A DNA stretch of 64,000 bases from Azolla caroliniana. Its lineage: Eukaryota; Plantae; Polypodiophyta. The notes under the pieces are model-generated. The model ran no database searches and was not told where the DNA came from. It saw only the letters and a program-made list of their open reading frames with translations. How positions within the stretch are numbered: position 1 is the stretch's first letter; every line of letters begins with the position of its first letter. Location of the stretch: NCBI GenBank assembly GCA_043228905.1, contig JBHGNT010000013.1, positions 21,142,001 through 21,206,000 on the forward strand, in the 5' to 3' direction. Below are positions 12,389-25,393 of the stretch, one piece after another. The position numbers were made by a program, and so were the translations under genes.

Positions 12389-13237
12389 AGGGGGAGTTTG
12401 TTGGGATTTCGGTCCCTCCGGATGGGATGTCCTGAGATGAATGACGGCAAGCCCGGTTGCGGTTACGGAGCCGGATGATGAAGACCCCGGCTACGGTGCC
12501 GGATGACGAAGACCCGGCTACGGAGCCGGATGATGAAGACCCCGGCTACGGTGCCGGATGACGAAGACCCGGCTACGGAGCCGGATGATGAAGACCCCGG
12601 CTACGGAGCCGGATGACGAAGACCCCGGCTACGGAGCCAGATGATGAATGTACCCGGAGAGAGATCCGGATGCGGGGACATATTTGTGAATATGTTTGCC
12701 AAGGGCCCTTGAGGCTATATTTGTAAATAGCCCGAAAGTCATATGTGTATAAATATGACTTAGGGCAAACAGTTTAGTGCTGCTGCTTATTTTTCTGTTT
12801 TTCCACTCAAGGGGAGTGAAGCGAGAGCAGCCGTGAGAGAGAGAGAGAGATAGAGAGCGAGAGACGAAGAGGTAGACGCCTCTGTGTATTTCCGCCGCCT
12901 GTGGCGAGGACAGCGAGCTCAAGGTCGTCGCCTTGCAGCTCGCCATTGTATACTTCTCTGTATAGTGTTTGGTTTGGAGTCTTGTACTCCCGTGGTTTTT
13001 CCCGTCTAGGGTTTTCCACGTTAATCCCTGTGTACTCGCGTTTTATTTTGTTTCTCCGTGTGGTTCCTATTTTCTGCTCCATTGACCCGCGATTAATCGG
13101 CTGTGGCCGACGGAAGAAGGTGAATAGAAGGTTCGATTCCCTACATAATATATCAAGTAATGATAGGGAACCACTCAAACAAGCGGTATTGAGTTGAATT
13201 AACAAGTCAAAACATGGACATCATGATGGGTTTTTTT

Positions 13238-13675
13238 TGACATTACCATTAATGCTGACATAGCTTCCAAGGAGCTCTGAAGGAGGAGAAGTACAGAGAT
13301 GGCCATGAAGCTCCTCCTCCTATCTGCCCTTCTCTACCTTATTATGTTCCTGATGCACCCCATTCATTCCATCCATATGTTTAAACGCCATGTATATTAT
13401 AGCCAGCCTTGATCTGGCTATGGAATTGGAACCTTAAATGTCAAAGTGAGCGATTTTTTGAAAATATTGGATCAATGCCCGTATAGGTTTAAAGCTACAT
13501 AGATGAATGTAGCATATGTCCACTTGCAGGATACATCATCATATGTGTTTGTGTATATATATAATTGTGCAAACTTCATGTCAACGCCATATGATTTGAA
13601 CCATCAAAGAAGTAATAATGGTGAGTGCATTGTATACTTGCAGCTTCTCCACCACCATCTCCAACGTCTCCACCC
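13238..13675 (+). pseudogene. 5' fragment (copy A) of the double-8Cys/extensin gene family
   Basis: tgacattaccattaa 5' region, ATG 13299 MAMKLLLLSALLYL, intron-1 blocks (ttccatccatat, aaacgccatgtatat, atatgtccacttgcaggat) and exon-2 start cag|CTTCTCCACCACCATCTCC match 46775-47640; the first Cys domain is deleted. Confidence 0.75.
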
Positions 13676-15100
13676 TGTTGTAGTTCCGATTCGGCTTCTT
13701 CTGTTCTGTGCGCGCGGCCGTCGACCGGATCCTCGTCCATCCTAATTGCATGTTGGATATCGCACCTCATCCGCGCCCATTTCAACCCGTCCGCATCCTC
13801 TGTTCGGCACCGCCTCATGCCCAACTTCGTACGGCTCCCCATCGCAGTTGTTCTCCTTTGTACTCAACAGTTGGCCCTTATGTGGCCACATTGCACGTTT
13901 CTCGTCTCGTCCTTCTTTGTGTACCCCTCCGGTGAGGTACACATCTTCCCCGACGCCCGTGTCGATGTCCTTTGGTCCGGTTCCCTCCGTAGCCTCTAGT
14001 AACATTGCTCCGCTCCGAGGAACACCCTCCTTGTCCAAGCGGCTCACATGACCTCCGTTGTTCTCCACGACACTCCGTCCGACTCATTCAGTGCCTTCGT
14101 CTGCTACGACTTTCGTCCCCTCGCCCCCACCTTCCGTCGCCTCAATCTTATGCTGTTCCGCAATTGCTGAAGTCTCTAGATCAGGTGTGGAGGATCCCTC
14201 TTGGGCCTTCTCTTCGTGGCCACAGACCTCGCTCAATCCCTTCTCTGCGTGTCTCGGCTCCTCTGACCCCTGATCAAGTCGGTTTGACTTCTATCGGGCT
14301 TGATCATCCAGGACTCGACATTCTCGGCCCCCGTCTGAACCCGTCCTCGGTCTATCAGCCCCAATTGCCTCTCCTCTCTCGTTTGGCCGATTCGTGCATG
14401 TCGGGCCGGTTTTATTCGAGCGATCCATGTCCGGATCGCGCTCCATCTGAGTCGGAATGCCAACCGGATCATCTTCCGGTCGGTTCGACTTCCAACTTTC
14501 CCATCCCCGGTATCACCTCTCTCACCTACAGCTTGTTCTCCCACAGTTTCATCCTTGGCCTCCTCGTAGTCCACCTCTCATACATGGTCGCGGAATTCCG
14601 CGGCCACGTGTCGGATCGGGTGGGACCATCGGGGTCACGAACGAAGAAGACATGGATGTCAGGAGGCCGACTCTCTCCGGAACCGACTCTCTCTAGATGC
14701 GAGCCAGAAGCAACCGAACCGGACAAGTCTGTATGCGACCAGATGGGTCCGGAAGCAACCGGATTGAGGAGAGGGAGAGCACACGCACGCTCACCGGCTC
14801 TTCACACCCTCTTATATACAAATCGACGAGCCTCTGGACTGAAAGAGAAGACACGCCGCGACATTGAACGGCTCAACACGCACACACATGACAACACGAG
14901 CACCCGTGGGATAAAAGACACTAAAGACACCGACCCCGACACAGACACACAAAAGCTTTCTTATCTACAGAAACCGGAAAAAAAGAAACACACCCGGCAC
15001 CAAAAGAGACACAGAAATGCACAACCCATCATATATAAAATTACAAGAGCAAGATACAACTCCGGTTTCGAACCGAACTAAGGTAGATTAGGTTACAACA
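13676..15100. mobile_element. Unclassified GC-rich transposon-derived block interrupting copy A
   Basis: Begins TGTTGTA and ends TACAACA (7-bp inverted ends); no TSD and no recognisable intact domain. Confidence 0.35.
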
Positions 15101-15640
15101 GCAGTCTGCTGCCAAGCCGCCGATCGAGGAGCTCTTGGCCTCGTCGCGCCGAACAGGGTCTTGTGGAGGAGACAGAACAGAAGCGAAAACCCCTTAGGAC
15201 ATACAAGCTCTTAACCGTACTAAACCCTAAACAGACATGAAGACTCAACCCACATGATGACAAAGAAGAAGACCTAGATGAAACCCTAAAGAAAGTAAGG
15301 AAGAAAGAAAGAAAGAAAGAAGAGAAAAGCTACCATACTTTAGACCTAAGTGGTATACCCTCCTAACTCAAAATGGGCAACCCTTTTACAATGAACCCTC
15401 CCTTCCTTTTATAGCCCAAGGAGGGAGGGACGTTACAATGTGGGATAAATCCCTTATTACATGGGATTCTCTGTCCCAACTTAACTCCTATTCAGCGCCA
15501 TAGAGGCACCCCATTATCTTACATGGGTATACAAGGGTGAGTGTTAACGCCGCACCCTGCCGATGTTCCCACTATTCCCAGTTTTCTCGCTAATGCCGAG
15601 AATCTTCACGACATCTGCCCCCACCAAACCGCACATCCAA
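15101..15640 (-). mobile_element. Remnant LTR end plus PPT of a relative of the 21124 Gypsy
   Basis: gccgagaatcttcacgaca(15613) tctgcccccaccaaaccgca matches the LTR/PPT junction at 22098-22136; left boundary uncertain. Confidence 0.6.
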
Positions 15641-16004
15641 TGCCAATGCTCACAAACTGAAAATTAGAAAATGATAACACGGGTAAATAGCCAAAACGAG
15701 ACAGAGTTTCTACTTTACTACAAGACATATGGCCTAAACGACCATGCCAAATACAATTCATGGTTTGTTGTATGATAGTTAAAAGATGTTCTTTCTGATG
15801 GAAAACTAAGGGATAAACTGAACCAACTTGGTTCCCTCTGGCAATAATCATATTTTGTAATACAAAAAGACTTGGAAGCAAACACTTTATATCCAAAGTC
15901 ATCAAGCTACCCAACAGACATCAAGCTACGACTTAGCTCAGGCATATGGTGTACATTTTGTACAAGAATTCGAGAACCATCAAAAAGTTGTACCATAACA
16001 TCTC
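15641..16004 (-). mobile_element. Degenerate Copia GAG-pre-integrase fragment
   Basis: ORF 15606..15914 contains WHGRLGHMS. Confidence 0.6.
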
Positions 16005-16700
16005 TGTTAATAATTCGGTAATTAACTAAGGGTTAATTAGTGACTAATTATGTGACTAGTTAATCATGTATGTGATTAAGCAGCGCAATATTATGTGATA
16101 TATGTGTGTATGTGTCTGAGAGGAAGAGAGAGAGAAAGTTACACTTATCCAATAAGATAAATGGGGGATGATTAACAAGAGTGTAGTTAAAGTCCTTTCT
16201 TTACATTAATAAGCATCAAGTAAACAAAAATACCTATAATGTAGTATATATACATCTCATGTGCAAGGGTGCACATGTGTGAGGAGAATATAGGTACAAG
16301 GATGTAAGTCCTATATTCAATGAACTTGGTAGTGGAGGATCTAGAATGTATCCCCACTTAACGTACAAGTACAAGATCCTATTTAAGGGTTTAAAGATTA
16401 AAACACTAACTAGATTCTATCTAGGTGGTTAACTAAATGCTTAACTACTAAGTTACGTGGTTAACTAAATGACTAAACCTAGTTGAGCTTGGTATCTCAA
16501 CACACCCCCTCAAGCTCAAATGTGATGTGTTTGACGTCCTTGTTGGGCTTTTGGCTTTGTCGGCTTTCGTTCGGCTCTCGGCTTTCTTTGGCCTTTCCGC
16601 GACAGTTTAGGTTCCTCTCCCTCAAGCCTGTGACGAAGGCTTGTAGTGTTCGAGGGTCAAAGGTCGAGTCCTTCCATCCATCATGGGTCATGAGCCGCTT
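16005..16700 (-). mobile_element. Copia 3' LTR (16005-16502) with PPT and short 3' internal stub
   Basis: TGTTAA...CTCAACA, similar to 5700-6134; followed by caccccctcaagct (reverse PPT) and sequence like 2020-2090. Confidence 0.8.
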
Positions 16701-17229
16701 CTTTAGTAAAAGAATCTTACAATTTAGTAGAAAAGTAATGTATTTCTGCTAGCAACTTATTACAGATCTAGGTACTAAAGTAAACTTAAGATAAGGATAA
16801 ACTAATGATAGATAGAAAGGAGAAAGAGAAAGAAGGGTGCCGATCCACCCGACCACCCCCGAGTGAATGGATCGAGACGGACTCGAGCCTCGATTGGCGT
16901 CCCATACCACCGCCGTGGCGTCGAGTCATACCTGGTGCTGGTGCGCTCGCTACAAGAGTTGACCCACCACAAGAGCAGAGTCTCGATGTAGTCAAAAGAG
17001 GATGAAATGAGGGTTGCTACGCCTCTTATTTATAGCGATACCTAAGGCCCCCAGGCATGTTCACACTTGACCTAATGGGTTGTCTCAATCCCGAGGATTA
17101 AAAGTAATCCTCCCCTTCTTTACACTCTCGTTTAACCCTCACACTTATCCACGTGTATAGAATATTACGGTAAATTCTCACCACGGGATATTAAATGGTC
17201 ATGCCCGTAACATACTCCCCTTCTTTAAA

Positions 17230-20200
17230 ACATTACACTCTTGCAATGGAAAGTTATGGAAGTTTGTTCTTAGAGTATTCTCGCGTTCCCATGTGGCATC
17301 TTTGATAGATTTGTCCATCCATTTAATTTTAAATTCTCGGATTTCTTTAGTACGTAACTATTTTGTTTTAGCATCGAGAATTCTTTTTGGTACATGTGGT
17401 TTCGAAGATAAATCTTCAGAAGTAACCAGAGTTTCAGTTGTAACTGTGTTGTCACCAGAACCTAGAAGTTCTTTTAGACGACTCACATGGAAGACTGGAT
17501 GAATTCCAATACCATCGGGAAGAGCGAGACGATAGGCTGATGACCCAATGCGTTTGAGGACTGTAAAAGGTCCACAAAATAGTGGGGCTAACTTAGTGCA
17601 CTGACCCGTAGACAATGTCTTAGAATTGTGAGGTACACGTAAAAATACCTTCTATCCAGGGTTGAATACACGAGGTTGCCTATGATGGTCGGCATAAAAA
17701 CGTGCTCTATCTTGAGCTGTTTTTATATTATCTCGTGCAATATGCAACATATCTTGCATATCCAGAAGAAAGTTTTGCGTACTTCGCAATTCATCATGAT
17801 GTATATTAACATCAATCGGGGCTCGTGGCTGAAAACCATACATCAACATAAAAGGACTATATCCCGTCAATGTATGCTTAGAGCTGTTATAAGCAAACTC
17901 CAAAATTGGGAGATAACGTTCCCATTTTGTTGGTTTTGCACCAATGTATGCTCGAAACATGTCCTCAATAATTTGATTTACTCGTTCTGTCTGTCCATCG
18001 GATTGAGGATGATCCGTGGAGCTCATGCTCAACGTAGTTTCAAACCTCTTAAAGACTTGCGTCCAGAAGTCACTAGTAAACTTTGGATCTCGATCACTCA
18101 TGATATCCATCGGTAACCCATAAAAACGAAATAATTCGTCAACGTAGTCAATCAACAACAACCCAGATGGCATCATGACCTTTTTGGGTGCAAGGAAGGC
18201 TAACAATAAAATCCATGGATATACTTTCCCACTTATTATTGGGAATGTCCAAGGGATGTAAAAGTCCTGCGGCTTTAAGTTGCTCGACTTTGTTAACCTA
18301 ACATTGGTGACATTTAGTCACATAACTATGTATGTCAGGAAGCATCTTAGGCCAATAAAATTGAGTGGAGATGAGAACGAGTGTACGATGTATTCCAGGG
18401 TGCCCTGCTGAGGGTGCATCATGGCATTCAAAAAGAATCCTCTTTTTGATCTCGGGTAAATCTGGAACACAAACCTTCCCATTACGGTAGAGCAAACCGT
18501 TAGCAATGTGGAAGTATTCCTTCAAGGATGTGGTGGTGTCTATTCCAGACTCAACTCTTGCCCGGTATTTTGCAAAATAACTATCATCAGGATACTATCC
18601 TCGAAGGTGATCATAAAGATCTAATGTTATTTCAGTGAAGCTAAGCATGTTAACTTCACGGATGCGACTTAGTGCATCAACGACAGTGTTCATGGAACCT
18701 TTACGATATCATATGGAAAAATCAAAGTCCTGGATGAGATCAACCCATCGTGCCTTACGACCTTTCAGGTCTTGTTGGTCACAAAAATATTTCAAGGACT
18801 CGTGGTCCGTAGTTACCACAAAACGATTTCCATAAAGATAATGGCGCCATGTTTTGAGCGCATGTATAACTGCAAATAATTCCTTTTCTTGAACGGTATA
18901 CCGACATTGAGCAGAATCAAGTTTCTTACTCTCAAATGCTATTGGTTTACCATCTTGATACAAGACAGCACCTATAGCATAATCGCTTGCATCGGTTTCA
19001 ACCTCAAAAGGTTTTGAAGGATCAGGTAAAAGAAGTGAAGGAGCCTTGCAAACGAGGTCCTTGAGTTCCTTAAAGGCGAGGTCTAGTGTAGCATTCCACA
19101 CAATAGGTTTTGTAGACTTACGCGTTTGACCTTTTAAAAGATCAATAAACGGCGTCGTCAATTGGGAGTAATTACGAAGAGACTTTCGCAAAAACCCCAC
19201 AAAACCAAGGAATGATCGAACTTCTCGAATATTCCGAAGAGTGGGCCAAAGCTTGATTTTCTCAATGCGAGAAGGATCAATTTCAACTCCTCGTTTGGTT
19301 ATGAGATGTCCTAGATAAGTAATTGATTTCTTGAAGAACTCACATTTTGAGATCTTTGCATAAAACTGTTTGTCACGCAATGTTTGTAAAACAAAGCGGA
19401 CATGTCTAGCATGTTCTTGTAATGTACGGCTATAAACTAAAATATCATCCAAGAAAATAACGACAAATTTTCCAAGTTGTTCTCGGAAAATGTCATTCAT
19501 TTCTTGTTGAAAAGTAGCCGGAGCATTGGTCAAACCAAAAGGCATAACCAAAAACTCGTAATGGCCATAGCGCGTACGAAATGCCGTTTTAGGAACATCG
19601 TCCTCACTTATTCGTATTTGATGGTAGCCAGTACGGAGATCAAGTTTCGTAAAATACCGAGCTCCCTGGAGACGGTCAATTAGATCGTCAGCCCGGGGCA
19701 ATGGATACGAATTCTTGATCGTCACTTTATTCAAGCGTCGGTAATTAATACACATACACCATGTGCCCTCTTTCTTTTTTACCAAGAGAACTGGTGCAAC
19801 CCATGGAGATTTACTATAACGTATATAACCCATTCGTAAATAGTCCTTGAGTTGCTTAGATACCTCATCTTCTTCGGATCGACTTAAGCGATAAGGAGGT
19901 ATGCTTATTGGTGCAACAACAGGTACAATATGTATATGATGGTCTATATTACGTTTAGGAGGTAAGCCATCTGGTAGTTCACTCGGAAAAACATCATGAA
20001 AATCATTTAAGATTTTGTCAAGTTGTTGTTGTTCAAAATATGTTAATTGAACCGAGACATTATCGATATTGTAAACGTGAATGTCCGGATCAAGTACACA
20101 ATAAAATAGAGTAGAACAAGACAACTCAGATATTGATGGACACGAGGAAACAATCGAGAGGGATTGTTTTTTTGTACATTGAATAAAATGAGTACAATCG

Positions 20201-21123
20201 TTCAGTACAACTGTAATTGAATGATGAACCCAATCAATAGATAAAGAAGAGTTTTTATTATAAAACCAGGGATAACACAGTATTACATCGGTGGTACAAA
20301 GATTCATTACATGGAAGTCTACTTCCTCTATATAAGTATCAATAGAAATTCCTAATGAATGAATCGCCCCATTGATGTATTGTACTCTTCCATCAGCCAA
20401 GTGCACCGTGTAGGTGTGATCACTTACGGTGGGTTGGATTCCCCATATCTGAACCAAACGATCATTCACAAAATTGTGTGAGCTTCCCGAATCAAATAAA
20501 AATTATACGGGAGATCCATTGATATACCAGTTTGCACGTAGTAAATCATTGGGACCCAATACATAGTGAGGGAAAGAACTTTGACAATTACTTAAATGAT
20601 GTGTATAGACCTGAAGGACATTAGGAATCTGACCTTTATGGTCTGAAGCTTTAGGTTTGCTGTCGTGCTCTTTCCGTTGGAGCTTTCGACATTGCTCTTT
20701 TGTGTGACCCTTCTTTTTGCAGAATACGCAAAAAGGATGTTGTCGCTTACAATCGCGATCCAGGAATTCGTTGGGTGTCTTGCATTTCCCAACAAATTGC
20801 GACTGCTTAGTCCCGGGCGCTTCGTTGGGTTTGTTGTGGTCCTTCTTCGAAGTGCGTTGATAGCGAAGAACTATTTCAACGACCTCTTCGAAGGATTTTG
20901 GATCCTTATCGTGCACTATCCAGTGATAGTCCGAATTGGGGATGCCATTGACAAAACAAGCTATCAACCAATTGTCCCCTTCTAGACCCGATTTTTGGAT
21001 TTGGGTTCTAACATGCTGAACATAGTCTTCTAGCGAGGAAAATTTCCTGCTAGAGAGGTTCATTAAAGCTTGTGCTGCCTCGGTTCGAGAGGGAGGTTGC
21101 AGAAATTGGCCCTTAAAAACCGT
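17230..21123 (-). pseudogene. Chromovirus gag(3')-protease-RT-RNase H-integrase-chromodomain, disrupted
   Basis: [66 protein letters not shown] motif, then RILD...IKW...ATWE chromodomain-like tail; in-frame stops and deletions. Confidence 0.88.
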
Positions 21124-21518
21124 TGTCGTGAACATCCGTCACTACGCGCGGATCATGAGGCGGAACCGCTGGGGTTCTGGACCGGAAGGATTCAAAGTCG
21201 ATACAAGCTTTGGCAAGAAAGTACTTAAGATAGATTGGGAAAGAGAGAAGTTGAGATTACACGATTGATTTGAAAACGAATTTCTTCCTCTTAATTTTCA
21301 TAAAAAAAAAACCATGTTTTTCTCCTCCCCCTTCCCTCTTTTATAGATGCTCTCATGCATATGATGCATGTGAGGGTACAAGACATGCATAAATTGCATG
21401 TTTGCCATTTGGCGCTTAAGTATTACATATGGTGCATGCTAACCATGTCACTCATTTTAGCTCTCATGGATGAGAATTTACATGTAAAAGTATAATGATA
21501 GAAATATAATTTCAACTA

Positions 21519-21620
21519 AATACCATGGCTTAATGGTAAGCCATTTGACTCCTAACTTGGAGGTGCAAGGTTCGAATCTATACTTGCCCTCCTTGTATAT
21601 GTAAATATGTATATATTTTT
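21519..21620 (+). promoter_or_regulatory. tRNA-like Pol III cassette (A box, B box, T-run) inside Gypsy LTR; equivalents at ~28053-28155, ~1393-1455 and ~30635-30722(-)
   Basis: TGGCTTAATGG 21526-21536, GGTTCGAATCT 21569-21579, TTTTT 21616-21620. Confidence 0.6.
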
Positions 21621-22188
21621 ATATATTTAATTTATCTAGTCGCCGGTTCGCCGGATACCGTCGTTGGATGCCGTCGCCGGATACCGGTGCCGCATGCTGC
21701 CGCCGGATTGCGGTCGAATCACCGGCTCCATCACCGGTCCGGTTTTGGTTGGCCAAAACCCTTTTCGAGTAGCTAGCCACTTCCACTCTAAGTTCAAGTT
21801 ACCTTGAACTCTCTATGCTCCACACATAGACACAAAGATAATATCTTTTGCTCCACCTTATATATGATGAGAGCCGTATTTGTCGTGCCTATGTGGGATA
21901 TCTCACAATTTTCTCTTTTCTTTTCACAAACTTTATACCCTCATATCTTGACATTTAGTTGTCTATTTCTCGTGTAATAAAGTGCATTCGAAACCTCCAT
22001 CATTTTGTACTTAGATATTAAAAATGTTATCTTCACAATTATTGTATTACGTGATTCATACTCGATTTTGTACGTTTTATGGGATTTTCACACTATTGCC
22101 GAAAATCTTCACGACATCTACCCCCACCAAACCGCATGTCCTCCGGTACGTGCCAAGAAGAGAAGAAGTGAGATTTCGGCTACGATGA

Positions 22189-25100
22189 TCAATTAGATTC
22201 CTCCATGTCTTCATTTTCATCCGGCCTATTATGTTCATCGTCGAGGTAATCGAGGTCAGGATCCTTGTCTTGTCTTTTCTTGAAAAGCTTTACTCTTTTC
22301 CCCGCAATGGGTACGGCCAACCTTGATCCGTCTAGTTCCGCAAGGTGGTATGTGGCATTATCGTTGGCACTTGTCACCACATACGGCCCGAACCATCTTC
22401 TTGCGAACTTCCTTGTTGTACTATGTTGATTGTCAAGGGTGCTGTCGTAAACCAAAACCCAATCCCCTTCTTCAATCTTCTTGGGACGAAGTCAATGCGT
22501 GTTGTCGAACCGTTGCATGCCCGTACGATGGCTTTAACGATAGGTCCATGCCCTCGCTCGATCTTCCCATTTGCTTCCGGATTGTAGGCAGTCGTGAGGG
22601 AGAGCTTCACGCCTAGTCTTTCGAAGAGCTCCGTCGCTTCGTGCGCGTCCAACTCCCCTCGATCGGCCACTATCTTCCCTACACATCCATATCGGCAAAC
22701 AACATCTTCAAGTAGAAATTTGCAAACGGCTGAAGTCGTCTTATTTGTCAAGGCTCGTCCTTCCACTTGATTTGTCAAGTCTTCCCTTGCCAGTGCTAAG
22801 TACTTCATTTGTCCCACTCCCATTGGCATCGAGACCAGATCCACCATCCATTTGAAGTGTATGGTGAGTGGGTATGTCGGCTTTAACTCATCACGATGAC
22901 GTATATTTGAATATACTTGGCAAGTTTCGCATGTGGACACGAAATGGAGTACATCTTTGTACATGCTTGGCCACCAGTACTTCTCCTTCAACTTTTCAAA
23001 CGTCGCCCATGTTCCTCTATGACCTGCCCAAGCACTCTCGTGGAATTCGGTCATCAGCGTCTCTTGCTCTTCTTTCTTTACCACCACTCGACGTGGTATT
23101 CCTGTCCTTTTTTTTGGATGTCGCCAAAGGAATCCTCCCTTCAAGAAGTATCGATAAGCTTTCTTTCGGATTCGTAGGGCCTCCTCCTTTGTCAACGAAG
23201 CATCTGTTGTCAATGTTCTTAGGAATCTACCGATGAGTAACCATTCTCCTTCGTACTCGTTCTCGTTGAAGGCGTGGAGGGTTTGCGTGTCCTGGTCTTC
23301 CGCCGACAATCGAGCCATCTTGAAGAAGTTGTGGGCGACATCTTCATCTTCCGAAACCATGTTACTTCCATTTGAAAATCTTGCCCTCGAGAGCATGTCA
23401 GCCATGGCGTTCTTCTTCCCTACGATGTGACGGATCTCTGGGTTTAAAGACTTGATGTAGGCGATCCACCTTAGCATAGCAAGATCTGGGGTCGCACATC
23501 CCGAGATCATTCCGAGAATTGGGAGACAATCTGTCTCTATTATCACTTCTGACCCGATCAAGTAATCTTTGTCCGTCTTCACTGCCGACACAATACCCCA
23601 AAGTTCCCGCTTGACTTGGGCATATCTTTGTTGCCGTTCGCTGAGAACCTTTGCTCCGAACCGGACGGCATATCGCGCATTATCTTCACCTTCTTGATTG
23701 ATGACCCACCCGATTCCGGTTGGGCTCGTATCTACGATCACGTAAATTGGTTTCCCTTCAGCATAGTCGGCCTTCCTTAGTGCCGGAGCTTCAAGAAGTA
23801 GTTTCTTTAATCTTCGCATCGCCTCTGTGTGCTCGTCTCGCCATTCGAACTTTATTCTTTTCTTTAGTAGTCCATATAACGGTTCGGCAACATGAGCGTA
23901 GTGAGGAATCCATATATGATAAAACGCGCACGCTCCAAGGAACCTTCGAACCTCCGTTTGGTTTTCGCATTCTTCTTTCATGTCTTGGATTGCGTTCACT
24001 TTGGATGGCGAGGGCTTCCGGCCGTATGCTCCACACAAGTGACCTACCACCAAGATCTCCGGTTGCCCGAATGCGGATTTTTCTCCCGAAAATGTCAAAT
24101 TCGCATCTTCGAGCCTTTGAAGCACCTTCTCGCAATCTTTCATATGATCCGCAACGAACTTTCTACAACCTTCCTTATCTTTCGATTCATCTTTCTCCTC
24201 ATCCGAACATCCTTTTATCGGAATATCATCCAAGAATGGCATCGTGATGTCCAAAATGCAATCCTTCAAGACTTTATTCATGGCATTCACCATATGAGCC
24301 ACCGAGTTCGTTGCGCCTTGGGGTAAGGTACACATCCGCACAAGCCCGATCGGCGTCCTCATGGTTGTAATGTCCCGACTGTCGATCGCCAATTGGAATT
24401 GGTCATATCCGGAGTAGAGATCGCCAATGGAGTAGATGGACCGGCCCGCAAACGCTTCGGCAAATTCGTCCACGCTCGGACCGATTCCGGCATTTTGAAT
24501 TGTCACCTTGTTGACGGGTTGAAGATCTTGGATGAATCGCAATGATCCATTCTTCTTCGGCACCGTGAACCACCTATTGGAATAAGGAGCATTCGACGGT
24601 TCTAGAATTCCCATACTCACCTTCTCCTTTAAGAGCTCGATCAGCTTCGGAAGGTGTGCTCTCGGAACCGGTATCGGTTTCAAATTCCAAGGCACATGAG
24701 GCACCGTGAAGATCACCATTGGCTCTATAACCTTTGGGTCGGCGCATCCGATTTCTTGTGGGAAGAATGCGAAAGCCTTCCCATGTCTCTCAAGCATATC
24801 GCGAAACATTCGCTCCTCTTCAGGGAGAAGGAAATCCTCCTTTCCAACTCGTAGCTTCCCCTTCGTCTCTTTGGTGAAGTCATGACCTATCTTCTTCGGA
24901 TCTCTTAAGCTTGGATCGTTAGCGACTTCCTTCATCTTTTGCCAGCTATCTTCCAGTAGCGGAACCGCAACTGGCTTGATCTTCTTATCAACCGTTTTAT
25001 ATTTTGTGTTGATGTCAGCTTCCTTTATCGAGATGCCACGACGGTATTCATCGATGATAGCGTACATGTTGACGGAGTTAACCGAAATCACGCATTGGTT

Positions 25101-25393
25101 GTGAAGATAGCTCAAGTCCACGACGTCCTCGATTTCGCCGATGGTGTCGTTAAATGAGGCTTCTTCCATAATATGAGTCACGAACTCCTCTTCTTCTATT
25201 ATGTTCTCTTCTTTCAGCATCTTCTCGAATTCTTGTATCCGGTGCTTGTGCTTCTTGTCAGGTAGTACTAGTTTACATGCGCCACTAGGTGTGACACATG
25301 TCGCTTCTCCTTGCAATCCACGCACTCTTCTTTCTTGTGGGGTCTTGTGATTGCTCGGACTATTTGTGCCCCATGCTTCAATAGTCCGCTCTA
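22189..25393 (-). CDS. Gypsy Pol (RT-RNase H-integrase) in the -1 frame; integrase has an internal deletion/frameshift near 22500
   Basis: LPQGATNS/FLDD RT, VDTSP RNase H, FHESAWAGH...CETC, ADRGE integrase; the C-terminal WFGPY part lies in a separate frame (22189..22455). Confidence 0.88.

Larger units (their letters stand above)
7538..13145 (+). mobile_element. Intact full-length Ty1/Copia (Tnt1-like) LTR retrotransposon
   Basis: 747-bp LTRs 7538-8284 and 12399-13145 (TG...CA, about 5 differences seen); perfect TSD TAATA (7533-7537/13146-13150); PBS TAGTATCAGAGC 8288-8299; PPT GAAGGGGGAG 12387-12396. Confidence 0.97.

Noticed and set aside
7768-13205. Many antisense/overlapping ORFs in the Copia
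   Set aside because: Shadow ORFs of a GC-rich coding region and LTR duplicates.
14005-15081. 358-aa ORF as a host gene
   Set aside because: Non-ATG start, no recognisable motif, GC-rich TE-like sequence.
21519-21595. Functional tRNA gene
   Set aside because: Boxes are present but acceptor and anticodon stems do not pair convincingly; kept only as a tRNA-like cassette.
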